Assembly (NCBI RefSeq): GCF_964204645.1
Contig: NC_134034.1
Coordinates: 12,908,962 to 12,972,961 of the forward strand
Source: Tubulanus polymorphus
Taxonomy: Eukaryota > Animalia > Nemertea
Direction: 5' to 3'
Length of the DNA: 64,000 nucleotides
Of the stretch, positions 14,009-41,654 are shown in pieces; the first letter of the stretch is position 1, and each line of letters opens with the position of its first letter. Below the pieces are notes generated by a model. It made no database searches and was not told the DNA's origin. It saw only the letters and a program-made list of their open reading frames with translations. Made by a program: the position numbers and the translations under genes.

Positions 14009-15802
14009 AGTCAGGGGTAATTCGAGCCGAGATCATAGTCAGATACCGGAGCTTATTATTATCGATTTTGTGCGGATTACGGTTTAGGAGTTTTTTGATC
14101 TGACGATTCAAAAAGGGAATTTGTTTAGATGGAATCGGATAGAGGAGATTCTCAAATAGATAAACAACTCGCTCAGTGGAACTTTAAAAATCTCTCTAGT
14201 CTCTCAGACCCTGTCTCATGGACCCTGTCTCTTTCCAGACCCTGGCCTCCCCTCGCTGAGCCATACCCCTCTAGCTGCCTACCCTCTTCCGCAGTTCTGG
14301 GCCCAGTTCCGCAGTTCTGAACTCGGTTACACAGTTCCGCACTCGGTTCCACAGTTCCGGATCTAGTTCCGGACCTAGTTCCTTTCGAATCAAAACTCAA
14401 ACGACCCCCTCTCTCGTTTTAATAGGATATTCGGCGAAATTGTTCAATCTTTTTCCAGCAGGTCTCCGCTGCCGGCTGGAAGCCGCCACTAAAAACCTCA
14501 TATAGATCATTTACGTGATAAGCACAATGAGATAAAATGCTCGAGAAAATTGGATTTTGTCGAACCAGATATCCGGTAATTATATATCTAATCGAATAAT
14601 TTCTCATCTCAGAAATTCACGGCGTCAACTTCTGATCCAATCTCTGTACTGGTTCCGCGGTCTATCGCTACTCGGCGCCACCGTACGGTGGGTACGGCCG
14701 CGGGTAGCGAGTGAACTTTTAGTTCACTACGCGCTTTTAAGATGTCGCTGAGAGTTAGTACGTTGGAATGTTGGAATACTATTGTTCAAAAAAATATATA
14801 GAAAGACAAAACGCTATAAAAATGTACAAACTCATAAATAATGATAGGTCGTCAAACAGAATTAAGCAACATTCATTTTGAGATCGTTTCAAAGTAAAAC
14901 CGATGTAAATGTATTAAAACTGTGCTAAACTAACCGTAGGTTTATATATATATGTTGTTATTTTTGTATGACGAATTTTTTTCTGTTATACAAATTATAA
15001 TCTGTATCCTCGATGTACCGCGTGGTAAAATGTGGTTCCAGTTGTTATACAAGTTACAATTGATTTTATTTTGACCCCCGGGTCAGTCAGTCAGTCAGGA
15101 CGTGGTCGTTCGATTACCCACAATTTGAATTACAGGCGCCATATAAGGGAATACGGGTGAGTGGGCGTGGTTAGTGTATACAGTCTGTACTCATAACAAT
15201 ATCAATTAATCCTATGAATAGACGAGCACTAAATCCAGACTTAATCCGCTACTAATCGACGTTAATCAGATTAGTCTTGTACTCATAACAATTAATACTA
15301 CTCCTAGTGTAATTATTACACAATACTGGCTCCGGGATGCGCGCGCATGCGTGGCACGTACAGACGTTGATTAATTACTTGTAATTATCATGTCGTCTGC
15401 CGATTAGTGAATGGCGACAGAAAGAGGCGCCATTTTAAAAGTAATTTCCCTCCCAACAAAATCATTAGACAGAATGATTAGAAAGCGAGACTGGGGCGAG
15501 AGAGTCGTGTCTAGTCGGAATTCTGTGTCAACCAGGGAGGTTTCATTCCCCCACCTCCCTGGTCACCCAACCTCCCACCTCCCTGGTCACCCAACCTCCC
15601 ACCTCCCTGTCACAAAAAGCAATACGTTACAACAAATTTGATTTAGGCGTCACTGATATAAACGCAGGGTCTATCTCGAATCAGCCTGGTCACTGTGAAA
15701 CCGGTGCCCTGTCCTTCGCCGTCGTGTTGGACAGAATGAGCAGAACACGAGGGATCTCTATAGTTCCGGATCAGTCCTATCTGTCTAGGTCAGAGACCGG
15801 GG

Positions 15803-16165
15803 GTCTGTCCACAGAGCCCCAGTTCTGTCTGTCTGTCTGTCTGTCCCCAGAGCCCCAGATCTGTCTGTCTGTCTGTCTGTCCACAGAGCCCCAGATCTGT
15901 CTGTCTGTCCACAGAGCCCAGATCTGTCTGTCTGTCCACAGAGCCCAGATCTGTCTGTCTGTCTGTCCACAGAGCCCCAGATCTGTCTGTCTGTCTGTCC
16001 ACAGAGCCCCAGATCTGTCTGTCTGTCCACAGAGCCCCAGATCTGTCTGCCTGTCTGTCCACAGAGCCCCAGATCTGTCTGTCTGTCCACAGAGCCCCAG
16101 ATCTGTCTGTCTGTCCACAGAGCCCCAGATCTGTCTATCTGTCCACAGAGCCCTAGATCTGTCTA
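15803..16165. repeat. Minisatellite, ~28-36-bp unit (CTGTCCACAGAGCCCCAGAT(CTGT)n)
   Basis: More than 10 direct copies. Confidence 0.95.
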
Positions 16166-17423
16166 AGCCAGAGACTGACTGGGGTCTCAACTGTGTAATT
16201 AGCGAACAAGATGAGTTCGGCTTCGTTTTACAATAAAAACCGACGCCAAAGAAACACGTGATCCCGTCATCTTGTGTAGAAACCGATAATTATAGATAAT
16301 TCCCTACTATATCGTTTGGCGGTTGTTCGCGAAGGTTATAATTTCGCTCTGACAGACGACACACTGTCGTTCAATATAACGCGGCACCGCGAGACTTCTT
16401 CAAAACTAATCATTATTTCTACATTCACGTGAAACGATGCGTACTCGATTCGCTGATAAAGAACCGGCTCTAAAACCGGGACCCGATGCCTTCCAGCTAC
16501 ACACCTAACAATAGGCGCCGAGCTCGATAACGACCTAAATTCCGGGGCGAGCTTCTGACACGCTGGGCCCAGGACAATATAAACTTGGTCGGATTCCGTC
16601 TGAGTTGTTAGACTTTCGAGACATCGCCAACACTCGTTCGCTATACCCGATCCCAGTCAGATCTATCAACCCGAATATACACACACGCACTGAACTTGTC
16701 TTAGCTTTTTTGACGATTTTTCGGTGAATTTTGCGAGTTTAAGTTTCCTGAAGTTTAGTCTGATGATATTTACTGAGATGATTAGTACTGGCGACACCTG
16801 TCTGTCTGTCTGTCTGCTCGTGACGTCAGTCACATGTTTAATACAGATGTGATAATGTTCCCCGGATTATCGACGGATTATCGCGTGTGGATTATAACGG
16901 ATTAACAGCGCGCATCATTAATCCCGCCGGATTTATTATTAGTTCACAGTTTTACAGCGTTCCTGTGTCGACTGTTTAGATAGGTTCGGATTCTATGTGG
17001 AATCTATTTGGAGAAAGAGAGATTCAGATTTCGACGCCATTAAAACTGCGATTTAATTTAACGAAAAATTAATTTTCGATAACAACAATTCGTTTGAGGA
17101 GATTGTGAGAATTTAGAACGCAGATTGATGATACCCTGTCCAGTTGGTGTATCGGGATACTCACTCATAGAAGGACTCCGCGGTATCGGACATTGTATCA
17201 ACAGTTTGATATTGTTTGTACCGCTACGGTTTCGATATCTCTGTTTCTATTGTGTGCAAAATCTACAAAGCCTCTGGATAGACACATCCCTCTCTCAATA
17301 GACGGGTGTTTGGTGCTGTTTGTACTGGAGTCGCCGCCGCCGCCGCCGCCGCGACTGAAAGGCTACAACAACACTAAACCTTTACAGTGACAGACTGCGA
17401 TAAGGCTATTCATTGCAGGTCGT

Positions 17424-17548
17424 CAGATTGGCGCCAGTCTGTTGGAGCTCCGCCCACTTCTCTCTCAGGCGCTAGCACACACACACACAATCTCTCATAC
17501 TGCCGTACTCAGTACTAAACAATACGCTATAATCGTGCGGCTATAAAA
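17424..17548 (+). promoter_or_regulatory. BAMBI proximal promoter: Smad-type palindrome and TATA box
   Basis: CAGATTGGCGCCAGTCTG (17424-17441), a GC box-like CCGCCC, and TATAAAA at 17542-17548, about 100 nt upstream of the ATG. Confidence 0.55.
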
Positions 17549-17649
17549 CCCGTGTTATACAGAACGGGTCTCATCAGGATTCATTAGTATCCACATCCAC
17601 CTCGGACTATCCACACACATCCACTCGGACATGTACTAGAAAGACGACG

Positions 17650-20600
17650 ATGGATTATCAACTTACGGCTCTTATTTGTTTATGGATTATATTTAGTTTG
17701 CGGTTTACATTATCTGCCGGTAAGTTACTTACAAATATTTCATTTATTTGGCCTAAATATTGATTCTATCGTTATCAAAGTTTTCCTCGATGTTAAATAC
17801 AGAAAAGGGTGCGATTCAAGAATAGGGGACTATAGCAAAATACATGTAGTGATAGTAATCAATTAAGTAATAATATTAGTAATTGATAATGATGATAACC
17901 TAACCCTAATCCTAACCACTAGTCCCCTATTCTTGAATCTTACCCAGAAAAGTGTAGCAATTGCATTAACTTTCCTCAATTGTCTTAACGGGAATTTATT
18001 TACCATATACTCAAAAGTTTAATAGCAGTAAGTATATGTGATAATACCCTTGTATAGGGTTTAGGGGTTTTAGGGCACTTGAGGAGAAGGCTTTGATCTT
18101 ATATCGTCTCCCCTACAGAGACCCCGGATTCCATGTACCTGAATTTCGCTAGGATTTCTTCGGTTATTTTTTGTTTTTTTGTTTCAAACTTTGCTTTTTA
18201 CGTTTTATACTGAAAAAAGCCGATCATTTCTTACTCTACGACGCGGCAAATATTTTTCTACGCAGTGGCTCGCAACATTTCCGCCTAGAAATGTTAAACA
18301 GCTCTTAAAAAATGATAGCTGTTGAAATAAGAAACACTTCAGATATAAAAACATCGCAGATCGTATCAGCGTGGTGGGTACAGACGACTCCTTGCGGGCG
18401 ACTATCCGATGAAGCACTGCCGACATAGTGTAGCGACGATATTAAACATTGAAAATCATCCAGGAATATATAAGAATTGAGTCCGAAATCATTGCATCAC
18501 ATAGCATTATCTGGGGTGTCCCATAATTAAGCTGTAGTCCCGAAGATCTATATTACGTATGTTAGAATTGAGTAGTAACGTCGAATAAACAACTCTAGCT
18601 CAAGGGAACATTTCAAACTCTTTTTATCATGTTTATGCTATACCCCTAGTTTGTATCACATCTTAAATTATTAACGAGTCTCCTGGTTTTAGATTGCTTA
18701 TAGAAATAGTATTTTTACGTGATATTTGAGTTTCTTTATGTTGGATTGTAGGCTATTAGGACGTATATCCCGGCCGGACCCCCAACTCCCTGGCATACCT
18801 AATAATTTAGGTGTAATCCCGAAGATGACTATGGCGAGGTTAAAAGATTAAGATTTAAGCCGAAAAGTTTATTGATTATCGTAATGATTTAGATGTTTAG
18901 TTTTTAACATTACGATATTTCAAATATTTCGTCTCGCGATTGTGGGACTTCTAATCGAATAGATTATCGACTTAACAATACTGGCTCGCAATTTTCGGAC
19001 TCTACTTTTTAGTCTGTAGTGTAGGTTTTTATATATTATAGACTCCGAATACACGCCGAGCCCCGCATACAGCGAAAGAGTTTTACTATTTCTAAATGAA
19101 CTTCATTCAAAGATAATCAAGCGTTTACTAATCTGTAATAATGGCGTAGTTTAGAGTTTATCAGTTGAAGCGAGTGTTCTCGTTACCACCCTTCTCTACT
19201 CCGTAGTGAAATCTCTGGCCCTCCGTGACCTCACCTCCAGTTCATCAAGCATCCAACCAATATCGGCGCCGACAAAACTCACAGGTATTTAGCAACCTTA
19301 TAGCAACCTATTTGGGATAGAATTAGTTGATCCTTATAGCATTTCGTTCACAGGGAACGCATTGATTTTTTTTCTGTTGGATTTATTCTTTATTGGGGTA
19401 AAAGTAAGAAAAGAAAATATTTCTAGAAAATATTTTATTTATGGAAAAATAAGAAAATATGAAATATATTCGAACTTAAGAATTCGGAACTTAAAAACTA
19501 AGATAGCCGCGACAGCAGCCGTTTAGGGTCATTCGGTTTATTGATTTGATGACAGTCTGATGTTTTTAGACGTTTGACTGTAAGCTGCTTTCTCTCAGAT
19601 GGAACACAATTAACTCGTTTCATCCGCCATCGACAACAATTAGACCGCAATTCCCTAGCGACTGCTGTCCGTAGTTACAGCAGACTGTTTTTATCGGTGT
19701 ATATGAATCTCAGGGGTATCATCTAATCTCATCATTATCAGACTGTCATTAAATCAATAAACCGAATGACCCTAAACGGCTGCTATCGCGGCTATCTTAG
19801 TTTTTAAGTTCCGAATTCTTGCGTCAAACGGCCGTATAAATATTGTGATAGTCGCCTGGCGGCCATATTGCATCCGGAGGCTATTTTTCTCGACGTTATG
19901 CGACGGAAGTTCGCTTTTGCGCGCACGCATTTATTCGTCGATTCTGAACAGGTTTTTGTTGTTATTAAAAAATGGTAGCGATGACAAAGAAGGACAGAAC
20001 TTGAACGATTCAAGTGGTGATATACCATTAATAGCCAAACACTAGTCGTACAATACCGACACGTTGACGATAAAATAGAACTTTTATCCAGTTTGAAGTA
20101 CCTCTAAATATTTGCTACACAAAAACCTTGTTCGCCTTAATGAGAACGCGGTTTCGCCGATCGTTCGTCCGGGCTACAATACGAAATACCCGGATGATGC
20201 GTGGCTGGGCTCGCATGCCGCAGTAAGATCCTCTCTAGTCTGCCTGGCTAGACCGGAGCATGCTGGGATACATGTTCAGACGCCAACTTCTGATGGTATC
20301 ACTAAAATTCCTGCCTTATCAACTGAGAACCATAAACTCTGCTATTTAGCCGGTTTTTTACCAGGCCCTCAGCAAACAAGCGATATGCGTTGAACATATA
20401 TACTTTAGATAAATTCCTAGATCCTAATTTCGAAGTTGTAACGGTGTCTCTGAATCGGCGGGCGTTAGTTAGACATTTTTTTTTCGCTGACAAAGGATGT
20501 GAAAAACGATATATAAACAGTGAAAGTTCGTTGTAACGCCGCCATCGTTTTTAATGTCGCTGTTCTCTTGGCGTCAACATTTTTTCAGAGAACAAATGAA

Positions 20601-23600
20601 TTCAGAAATCTCGGAAATAGATTTTTGTAGAAAAGCTTTCGACAAGAGCTTTCGAACGAAATACGTGCATCATTTTTCCGTGTACGGTGAGCTTTCCACA
20701 AAATTGTGTATTTTGAAAATCTAACTACTGTACTGGATTACAAACACCGGATTACACACACTAGATTACAAATACTGGAACGTATTTCAAAATCTGCTCG
20801 ATCTATTTTCAATTCAATGAAAATATTAGTCTCTACAACAAGTCGTTAGTACGCCATTTTTTCATCGGTCCCAACAATGGCGTTTTTTCGCTGACTAGGG
20901 AATTAAAAAAACCCATATATTTAGTTGTGGTAATTTGAATTTATTTCCACGTATGACAACGACGTGGGACAATAATGTGCTGCTGCTGCTGCTGCTGGTG
21001 CAGCTGCTCGTCGCCACCTGCGGGGCAATGGTGTATTTATGTAATTAGTTTCATTGAAAGCGACGCCATTTTAATAAACGCAGACCACCCGGCGACACAT
21101 AAACGTCGGCATTCATATATATATACGCGTCAATACATTTATCGATTACCTACGCAACAATGCCTCCTAATTTACATATTGAATAAACGACATTCTACTA
21201 TATGTGAGCGTTTAGACTCTTCTTTGTTGTACAGTCGCTTTTTACAATGTGCGAACTAAATGTTTAAATCTTTTGTCACTATGAGTCATATATTTTATTT
21301 TCTAAGGAGAAATTTAGAATATGTAATGGATCCAGTTATAGTTAACTCATGTGAACTAAGGCTCCAGATCCTCAGTTGTGAGTTACAGTTAACTCATCAG
21401 TTGACTATTAGTTCAGTAGTTACTGTATTTTCCGTGCTCTCAAGTAATCTTTTAATCCTTGTATAGATTATAAATCTACCTCGATAGCAAGTGAATTTGA
21501 GTCTAACTAAAACCCGAGACGAGTGACTTATAAAACAGACAGTCCCTGCGTCAGTATTGTATTCAGGTTATACATTCATGGTCGTATACGGCGATCTTGA
21601 AAATCTTCAAAAAAAGTATTTGAACTAAATTTGATTAGAGATGATTAGAGTCGTCTGGTGCGCGTTGAGATGTTATCTCTTCCTGGCGACAGTATTTATC
21701 AGTGAGATCAGAATTGAATGAAGACCTGTCGTTTTGACTGGTAGTTCGCGCTTTGTCCCTACCTATGCGGTGTCTCCACATTAACAAACCTATCTACGCT
21801 TACAATCTCTCCTGAATTTTTACCCACCCGCAGAAATAATTATAGGTCTACGCACCGCGCCACCGCTGTTATAAATCACCCCTCTATTCAAACCGTAACG
21901 GCCAATCATTATTGTCTGTCAGGAGAAAATAGTGAATTCTTTTCGGAAAATTTTTTTTTTTAGTTCGTGCTAACGGTTATTTCTTATTTTTGAAATTCAA
22001 AGAACTATTTCAGTCTCATTAATCGAATAACGCAATTGTTACCGCGTTGAATATTTTTTCGTAAGGGAATATGGAATTTGAAATTCAAATCTAAACGGAT
22101 TTGATTATTACTCGTACTCGAGAGTCGTTATGACGACGCCGGTATAGTTCGAATAGAGTTGTCTCGAGATGTGAAACAGAGTATAATTAATTGGACTTAG
22201 GCGCCGCCAACATCCGGGCTTCGAATGATCAGTAACAATGATTGTCGCGACAATCAGTCGCCGGGAGACAATCAGTCGCTCGGAGACGGATCAGTGAATC
22301 ATTAAACGACCTGACGACAGGTGTTTATGACACGTGCAGAGAAGGGCGGTTGGAGCCACCCTTACCGCAATCGAGGAGGTGTGGCCCCTATATGTAATAC
22401 CGGTCTATTGTACTGAGAACCGGCATCATTTACCCCGACACGTGACCCGATGACACGTGGTTTTTTCTAAATGTCTTGATCTGAATCTAATCAACCTGAA
22501 ATCCATTTTGAGTATAAACAAACAAAAGAATGGGTTTGAAATCTCTCGGTTCTGTTTTGTGGCCACTGTGTTGACGACTAAATCTTTCAATTTCGTTTAT
22601 TTCCAGGTGAAATACGCTGTTACTGTAACACTCCCAGTTGTATCAGTACCGGATACATGTGTAAATCCGCTAGGGGGCGATGTTTCTCCAGACGCCATCA
22701 CGAGTACGGCACGCCGTCCTCGGACACTATACACGGCTGTATCGAGAAGCTAACTCCTAAAGAGCAGATCGCTTGCAGAAAAGACGGCGGTGTGATCGTC
22801 GTGAAAAACGCTCCCAGTTCCGATTGGCCGGTGGTCACGTGTTGTAAAACGGACATGTGTAACTACGTTGACAGTTTGAATTTGAATTTCAACCCAGATG
22901 ATTCGTCGAATAGGAGTGTACCGAAAAAATCACAAAATGGTAGGTTTCAATTTAACGCGGTCGCCACTAGGGGGCGCTTTCGTAAACACTGACCAGGGAA
23001 TCTTTCGTATTGAATCTGCAACACCGAAAAGATTCCAGTCACAAATCGAGTATGGGGACGTGGGTCTGAGAACAATCTTGATTGTTTGAGGGCTTGGCAT
23101 AATTCCTTGAATATTTTGGCGAAAAGGATTTCGGTTTAGGTTCGAAAGGGGAGAAATTCGGGTTTTCAGATATTGACGAACGACGTATAACGTTCACGCA
23201 GTGTATTGAAATAGATGGGAGAGAAGTGAGCGGAGAGAGAGAAAGTGAGAGGGAGAGGGGGAGAGAGAGAGGGAGCGAGAGTGAGATGGATGTTTTCTAT
23301 CAACTGTCAGTTAAATATTTTAACGATTAAAACTTTAGTTGAAATTCTGGCATCGCGTCTCGGCGTGGTATCAGGACAACGAACCTACAATCTATATACA
23401 GCCTCCACTCCGTGAAACTCCCTTCAAAATCGATTTTATTGTCGAAATTCAGAAGAAAAAATGCTTCGCTAAATTGGTTTTATTATATTAATTGAACGTG
23501 TACTGATTGCCCTCAGGGCGGGGCAGGGTGGAAATATGCTGAACAGAAATAATTAGACGTTCATATTTACTCAGTCAGTTTTAACATATTTCTATCAGAT

Positions 23601-24814
23601 GTTTGCCTCCATTTCTCTTGCAATATCCACCTATAATCCAAAGCTCCGTGATGTCGGGGAATCTTGCAAATAATACGAATTGGTCAGAAGAATAAAAATG
23701 TTCTCTTATCATCAGAAGATGCTGCCCCCTTTACAGGTTTTTCAACTGGTCTCAGGCGCGGATCCAGGGGGCAGCACCTGGGGCACACGCGTGCTTCCCT
23801 CTAGATTTTCAATTGGCTGAAGACATCTAAGGGCTTCTAATGCGATTTTTTTATTTGGTTGAAACAAGCTCTAATTCTTGGAAATTGCATCTACAGGGTT
23901 TATGTTTTCAAAATTTTCGTGGGGCAGGGCCAGCAGACCCCTATTTGCTACGTGCGGATAGTGCATCTTTTTATTAATCAATGCCCTTTCCATCGGGTGC
24001 TACTCCAAGCTCTGGATCCGCCGCTGGTTCTGGAATGAAACGGCCGGCGGTGCGCGCAGTAGGTTGAGAGAGAGAGAGAGACTAACAATAATGTTATGGT
24101 ATCTAAGTGTAGTGAGTTTACTTAGCGCGTTGTCAGTGTTCATCAATCAGAGAGCAGACGAGACGAGACGAGTTAACCATCTGTTACTGTTCGAAGTTAA
24201 TCCGTTAACCTGCGGATAATCTTCCCTTCCGCCCGTTTGACGATTTATAGTAACAAAATTTTCGTTTGTTTTTTTTTGCAGTTAAACTAAACAAAAAACA
24301 ATCGGCCGCTACTTCCGGCTCGGATGACGTCACATCAAACGATCGCGGACGGTATTCGTTGACGCGAGATGGCGCCACGTCACGGGAGGACTCGCCCGCG
24401 GTGAAAATGACCGTTTCGCAGCAGGATATCTGGTTTAAAGCGGCTGTGATAGCCGTGCCTATAGCCGGCGGATTTATATTAATATTACTGGTGCTATTAG
24501 CCATGCGCTTGCTTAAAAACGATCGTCGTGAACAGTCTCGGGCGCATCACAGCCTCGTCAAGGCGCAGTTATTCGTGGCCGATCATTTTTTCGACAAAAA
24601 TTTAAAAAGAAGTCCGCATCGGACTTTTCGCGGCGCATGCGCCAATAAAACGTATAGTAATCACGTGTTCAGTGACGTCGGTATAAAAATCGATCCTAAA
24701 GAATACCCGTATGAGAAACTAGGCGGCCTTGACCTCGCTCATAAACAATCGTCGAGGAATTCGATAGTTTTAGTTCGACTTCCGGATGCGCAGAAAGACG
24801 TTTCAAACGTGTAG
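17650..24814 (+). CDS. BAMBI: BMP and activin membrane-bound inhibitor; exons 17650-17719, 22607-22939, 24282-24814
   Basis: Signal-peptide exon MDYQLTALICLWIIFSLRFTLSA. The ectodomain GEIRCYCNTPSCISTGYMCKS...CCKTDMCN and the TM segment WFKAAVIAVPIAGGFILILLVLLAMRLL closely match vertebrate BAMBI. There is no kinase domain. Both introns are phase 1 GT-AG; AATAAA at 25172. Confidence 0.96.
17808..17944. mobile_element. MITE with 8-bp TSD (Merlin-like) in BAMBI intron 1
   Basis: TIRs GGTGCGATTCAAGAATAGGGGACTA / TAGTCCCCTATTCTTGAATCTTACC, flanked on both sides by CAGAAAAG (17800-17807, 17945-17952). Confidence 0.7.
19478..19820. mobile_element. Fold-back MITE with ~85-bp TIRs in BAMBI intron 1
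   Basis: 19478-19561 is the near-perfect reverse complement of 19737-19820. Confidence 0.75.
23753..24026. mobile_element. MITE with CAG...CTG ends (hAT-like)
   Basis: TIRs CAGGCGCGGATCCAG / CTGGATCCGCCGCTG. No TSD is evident. Confidence 0.55.
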
Positions 24815-25699
24815 CGAACATTCAGTTGCGCAATGAATCGTGCTCAAAAATGTCGCCAAAATGACGCTCAAAATCATCATGTGCCCGAAACGGAACCGCT
24901 CTCGAACTAACCTCGGCAAGCGAGGTATCGTTCGAATCATCCATGACATCTACGTTTCGAAAAAAAGATTTATTCGAGTTGACAAATTTACAACTTTTGT
25001 TACTGTTTGTAAAAATCAGCTATTAAAAAGTGTCGTATGCATTTGTTACTAGTGGAGACATTGGGGGGAGGGGGGGAGGAGGGGGGAGAGTGGAAGAGTT
25101 TGTAATGTATTTGTGTAAAGTGGAGTGACGATAAAAATCGTCATTATTGTTGTATTTATTTTCAAGATTAAAATAAAAGATGAAAGAAAAAAATTATGCC
25201 TTTTTCGTTTTACTTGATTTCTGCTACAGAGAAAGAACTCTCTGCTGCTGTTCTGGAGAAATATGGGGATGTAAAAAGGTAACTTCTTTTTTTTAATTGG
25301 CTGCAGTCTGGCCGATCAGTTAACATCATAGCAGGCGACAAAAATCAATCCTAGCTCGATGGTAAGCCCGATCGTAACCCTAATAGGATTCAAACCTGGT
25401 ACCTCCAGCGAAGCAGCCGAGCTAACCACGAGACCATTTGCGAAGTTTGGTCAGTGTGGTGGCTTCTGTGGTTTCTGTGGTGACTATTCACAAACAAAAG
25501 AACACCAAGAAATTCTACTTCTACGATAAAAACTTACGCACAGGGATTCGGTTGGGGGCTAAGGTTTCAATCCTTGGGACAACCCCAGCTCGGTTTCGAA
25601 CTCCGTACCTCTAGCAAGCAAGCCGAGCGCGCTAAACACTAGGCCATAGACCAGAATTGATTGGCGAGCGTTGTACGGTCAGTGTGGTAGCCGGTGACA

Positions 25700-26010
25700 A
25701 CAGGCCAATACTAGGTTTCTGCGTTTATCAAACGGGCCAACACTAGGGTAACTACGTTTATCAAACAGGCCAATACTAGGGTAACTACGTTTATTAAGCA
25801 GGCCAACACTAGGGTAACTACGTTTATCAAACAGGCCAATACTAGGGTAACTACGTTTATCAAACAGGCCAATACTAGGGTAACTACGTTTATTAAGCAG
25901 GCCAACACTAGGTTAACTACGTTTATCAAACGGGCCAACACTAGGGTAACTGCGTTTATTATGTAGGCCAACACTAGGGTTACTGCGTTAATTAAACAGG
26001 CCATTAAACA
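25700..26010. repeat. Minisatellite, 33-bp unit (ACTAGGGTAACTACGTTTATCAAACAGGCCAAT)
   Basis: About 9 direct copies upstream of the ABCG promoter. Confidence 0.95.
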
Positions 26011-26149
26011 GGGTAGGCGAGTCTGCCCGTAAATTCTTGCTAGATTTACGGGCAGACCTATTTGACACGTGGGCTTACGGGTGTTTCGTGAATACGGCCC
26101 CAGGTGTGGTGACCTACGGCTGCTTCAGGCTTGGTGAAACAATGGTTTT

Positions 26150-26326
26150 CATTTATCTAGACCCCAGCGATCATACTCGCCGTTAGCGCTATATCGCAAT
26201 ATCGATTTAACAACTTATCAATGAGGTTTATCAGGTTTATCAGTAAACAGGATAAGACTGGTTCATTTCTTAAAACTATTGCATGACATTGACGACACAC
26301 GCTAAATAGGAGCAGACGATATAAAA
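26150..26326 (+). promoter_or_regulatory. ABCG gene promoter: GATA-site cluster and TATA box
   Basis: Five GATAA/TTATC motifs within 26152-26256 and TATAAAA at 26320-26326. Confidence 0.45.
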
Positions 26327-26784
26327 GCAAGCGCGATTCCTTGTGACTGTGACAGTACAACTTACATATAAACCCCGTCTCCAGTGGTCGGTATCACTGG
26401 TCCGAAGGGTAGTGTCTCAGTTTCAGCAGGGGACTCTTCTGAACTCAAAGGATCTTAGGATTATTGTACTGCGATTAACATTTCAAACAGCTGTCGCGTT
26501 TTCAACAGACAATTTCGTCAGGAATTTCATTTAGCTTTCCGTTCGATTGAGACTAAGAGATATTTCCGTTTGCGAGAAATCTCTCTATCTCTTGGATTCT
26601 GAAGCTAATACAGGAGACACTCGTAGACAACGTTCTTATATTTCGGTTTTAAAAGTCATCTTGGAACTTAATCGAAAAATGTGATTCTTGATTTTGAATC
26701 CGCCTTCGAACAATCTTGTCATTTTCGCAAAGAATATTCAATATTTCGTCGATCGAACTGTCCTAGAGGGATAAATTCGCGAAA

Positions 26785-40727
<13,943 letters not shown>

Positions 40728-41654
40728 ACCCACCGGAAGCAGCGATTCGAACTCAGACCAGAATGCCTCAGTAACGTACAACCGGAACAGGAAGTACTGT
40801 GCGTACAAACCGTTGTACGTCGAAGTTGTTTTTTGGTTGTTTCTATTTTCTCGTGAATAATGAGTTATCAAACTGTGAACGATCAGATCCATTAATAATT
40901 AATTTTTGTTAATCGTTTATTACTCACACAATTATTACCATTATGAAATATTATTACTAATAAACAAATATTATATAACAATACTTAAGTTTAGTGTAAA
41001 TGTCATTTCGTAGAGGGCGCTCTATCTTTTTTCTGCCGACCATTTTGTTTTCGATCTATGCGCATGCGTATCACACGTTCTATACAGTAGGCGAGTTTTC
41101 CTTCATTTTCTGTTTCCATTTTTACTGGTTGCTTGCGACGGCTTTACTTAGTCCACGCACAGAAAGCTATTATCCTTCTCTCTTCTAATGATTGTGCTTG
41201 TTTTTTACGATTGTTTCTTTGTTTTTATTTCTCGTTCAATCTCTATGTGCACCCCCTACACCCTCCCCTTGGATTCGCCCTGATTTTGGTAAAACTGTGC
41301 TCCTATTTCTCGAGTTCTCAGATATTCGGATGATTTCATCTGAGCGATTATGCGTCATTTGGAGACAGAATTTCATCGGCGGATATTTACAGCAGCCGTC
41401 TGTTACGGGGGGAGTAGGGAGAGGGGGGTAGGTATCGAGGGGCGGGTGGCTGCGAATGAACACCTCGGATATTACCGTCTCGTGTATCGGGTTACCGTAA
41501 AAACTGTGAGTTGAGATATTTGATCGAATTAGAATCATTGTCAGCACGCTCTCTCTCTCAGTCTCAGTCTCTCTGGGTTTGTAGTATCGCATTACCAATA
41601 ATATCTATACATCTATTACTGAAATTGATGATGCACCAGACACAAAAATATCTT

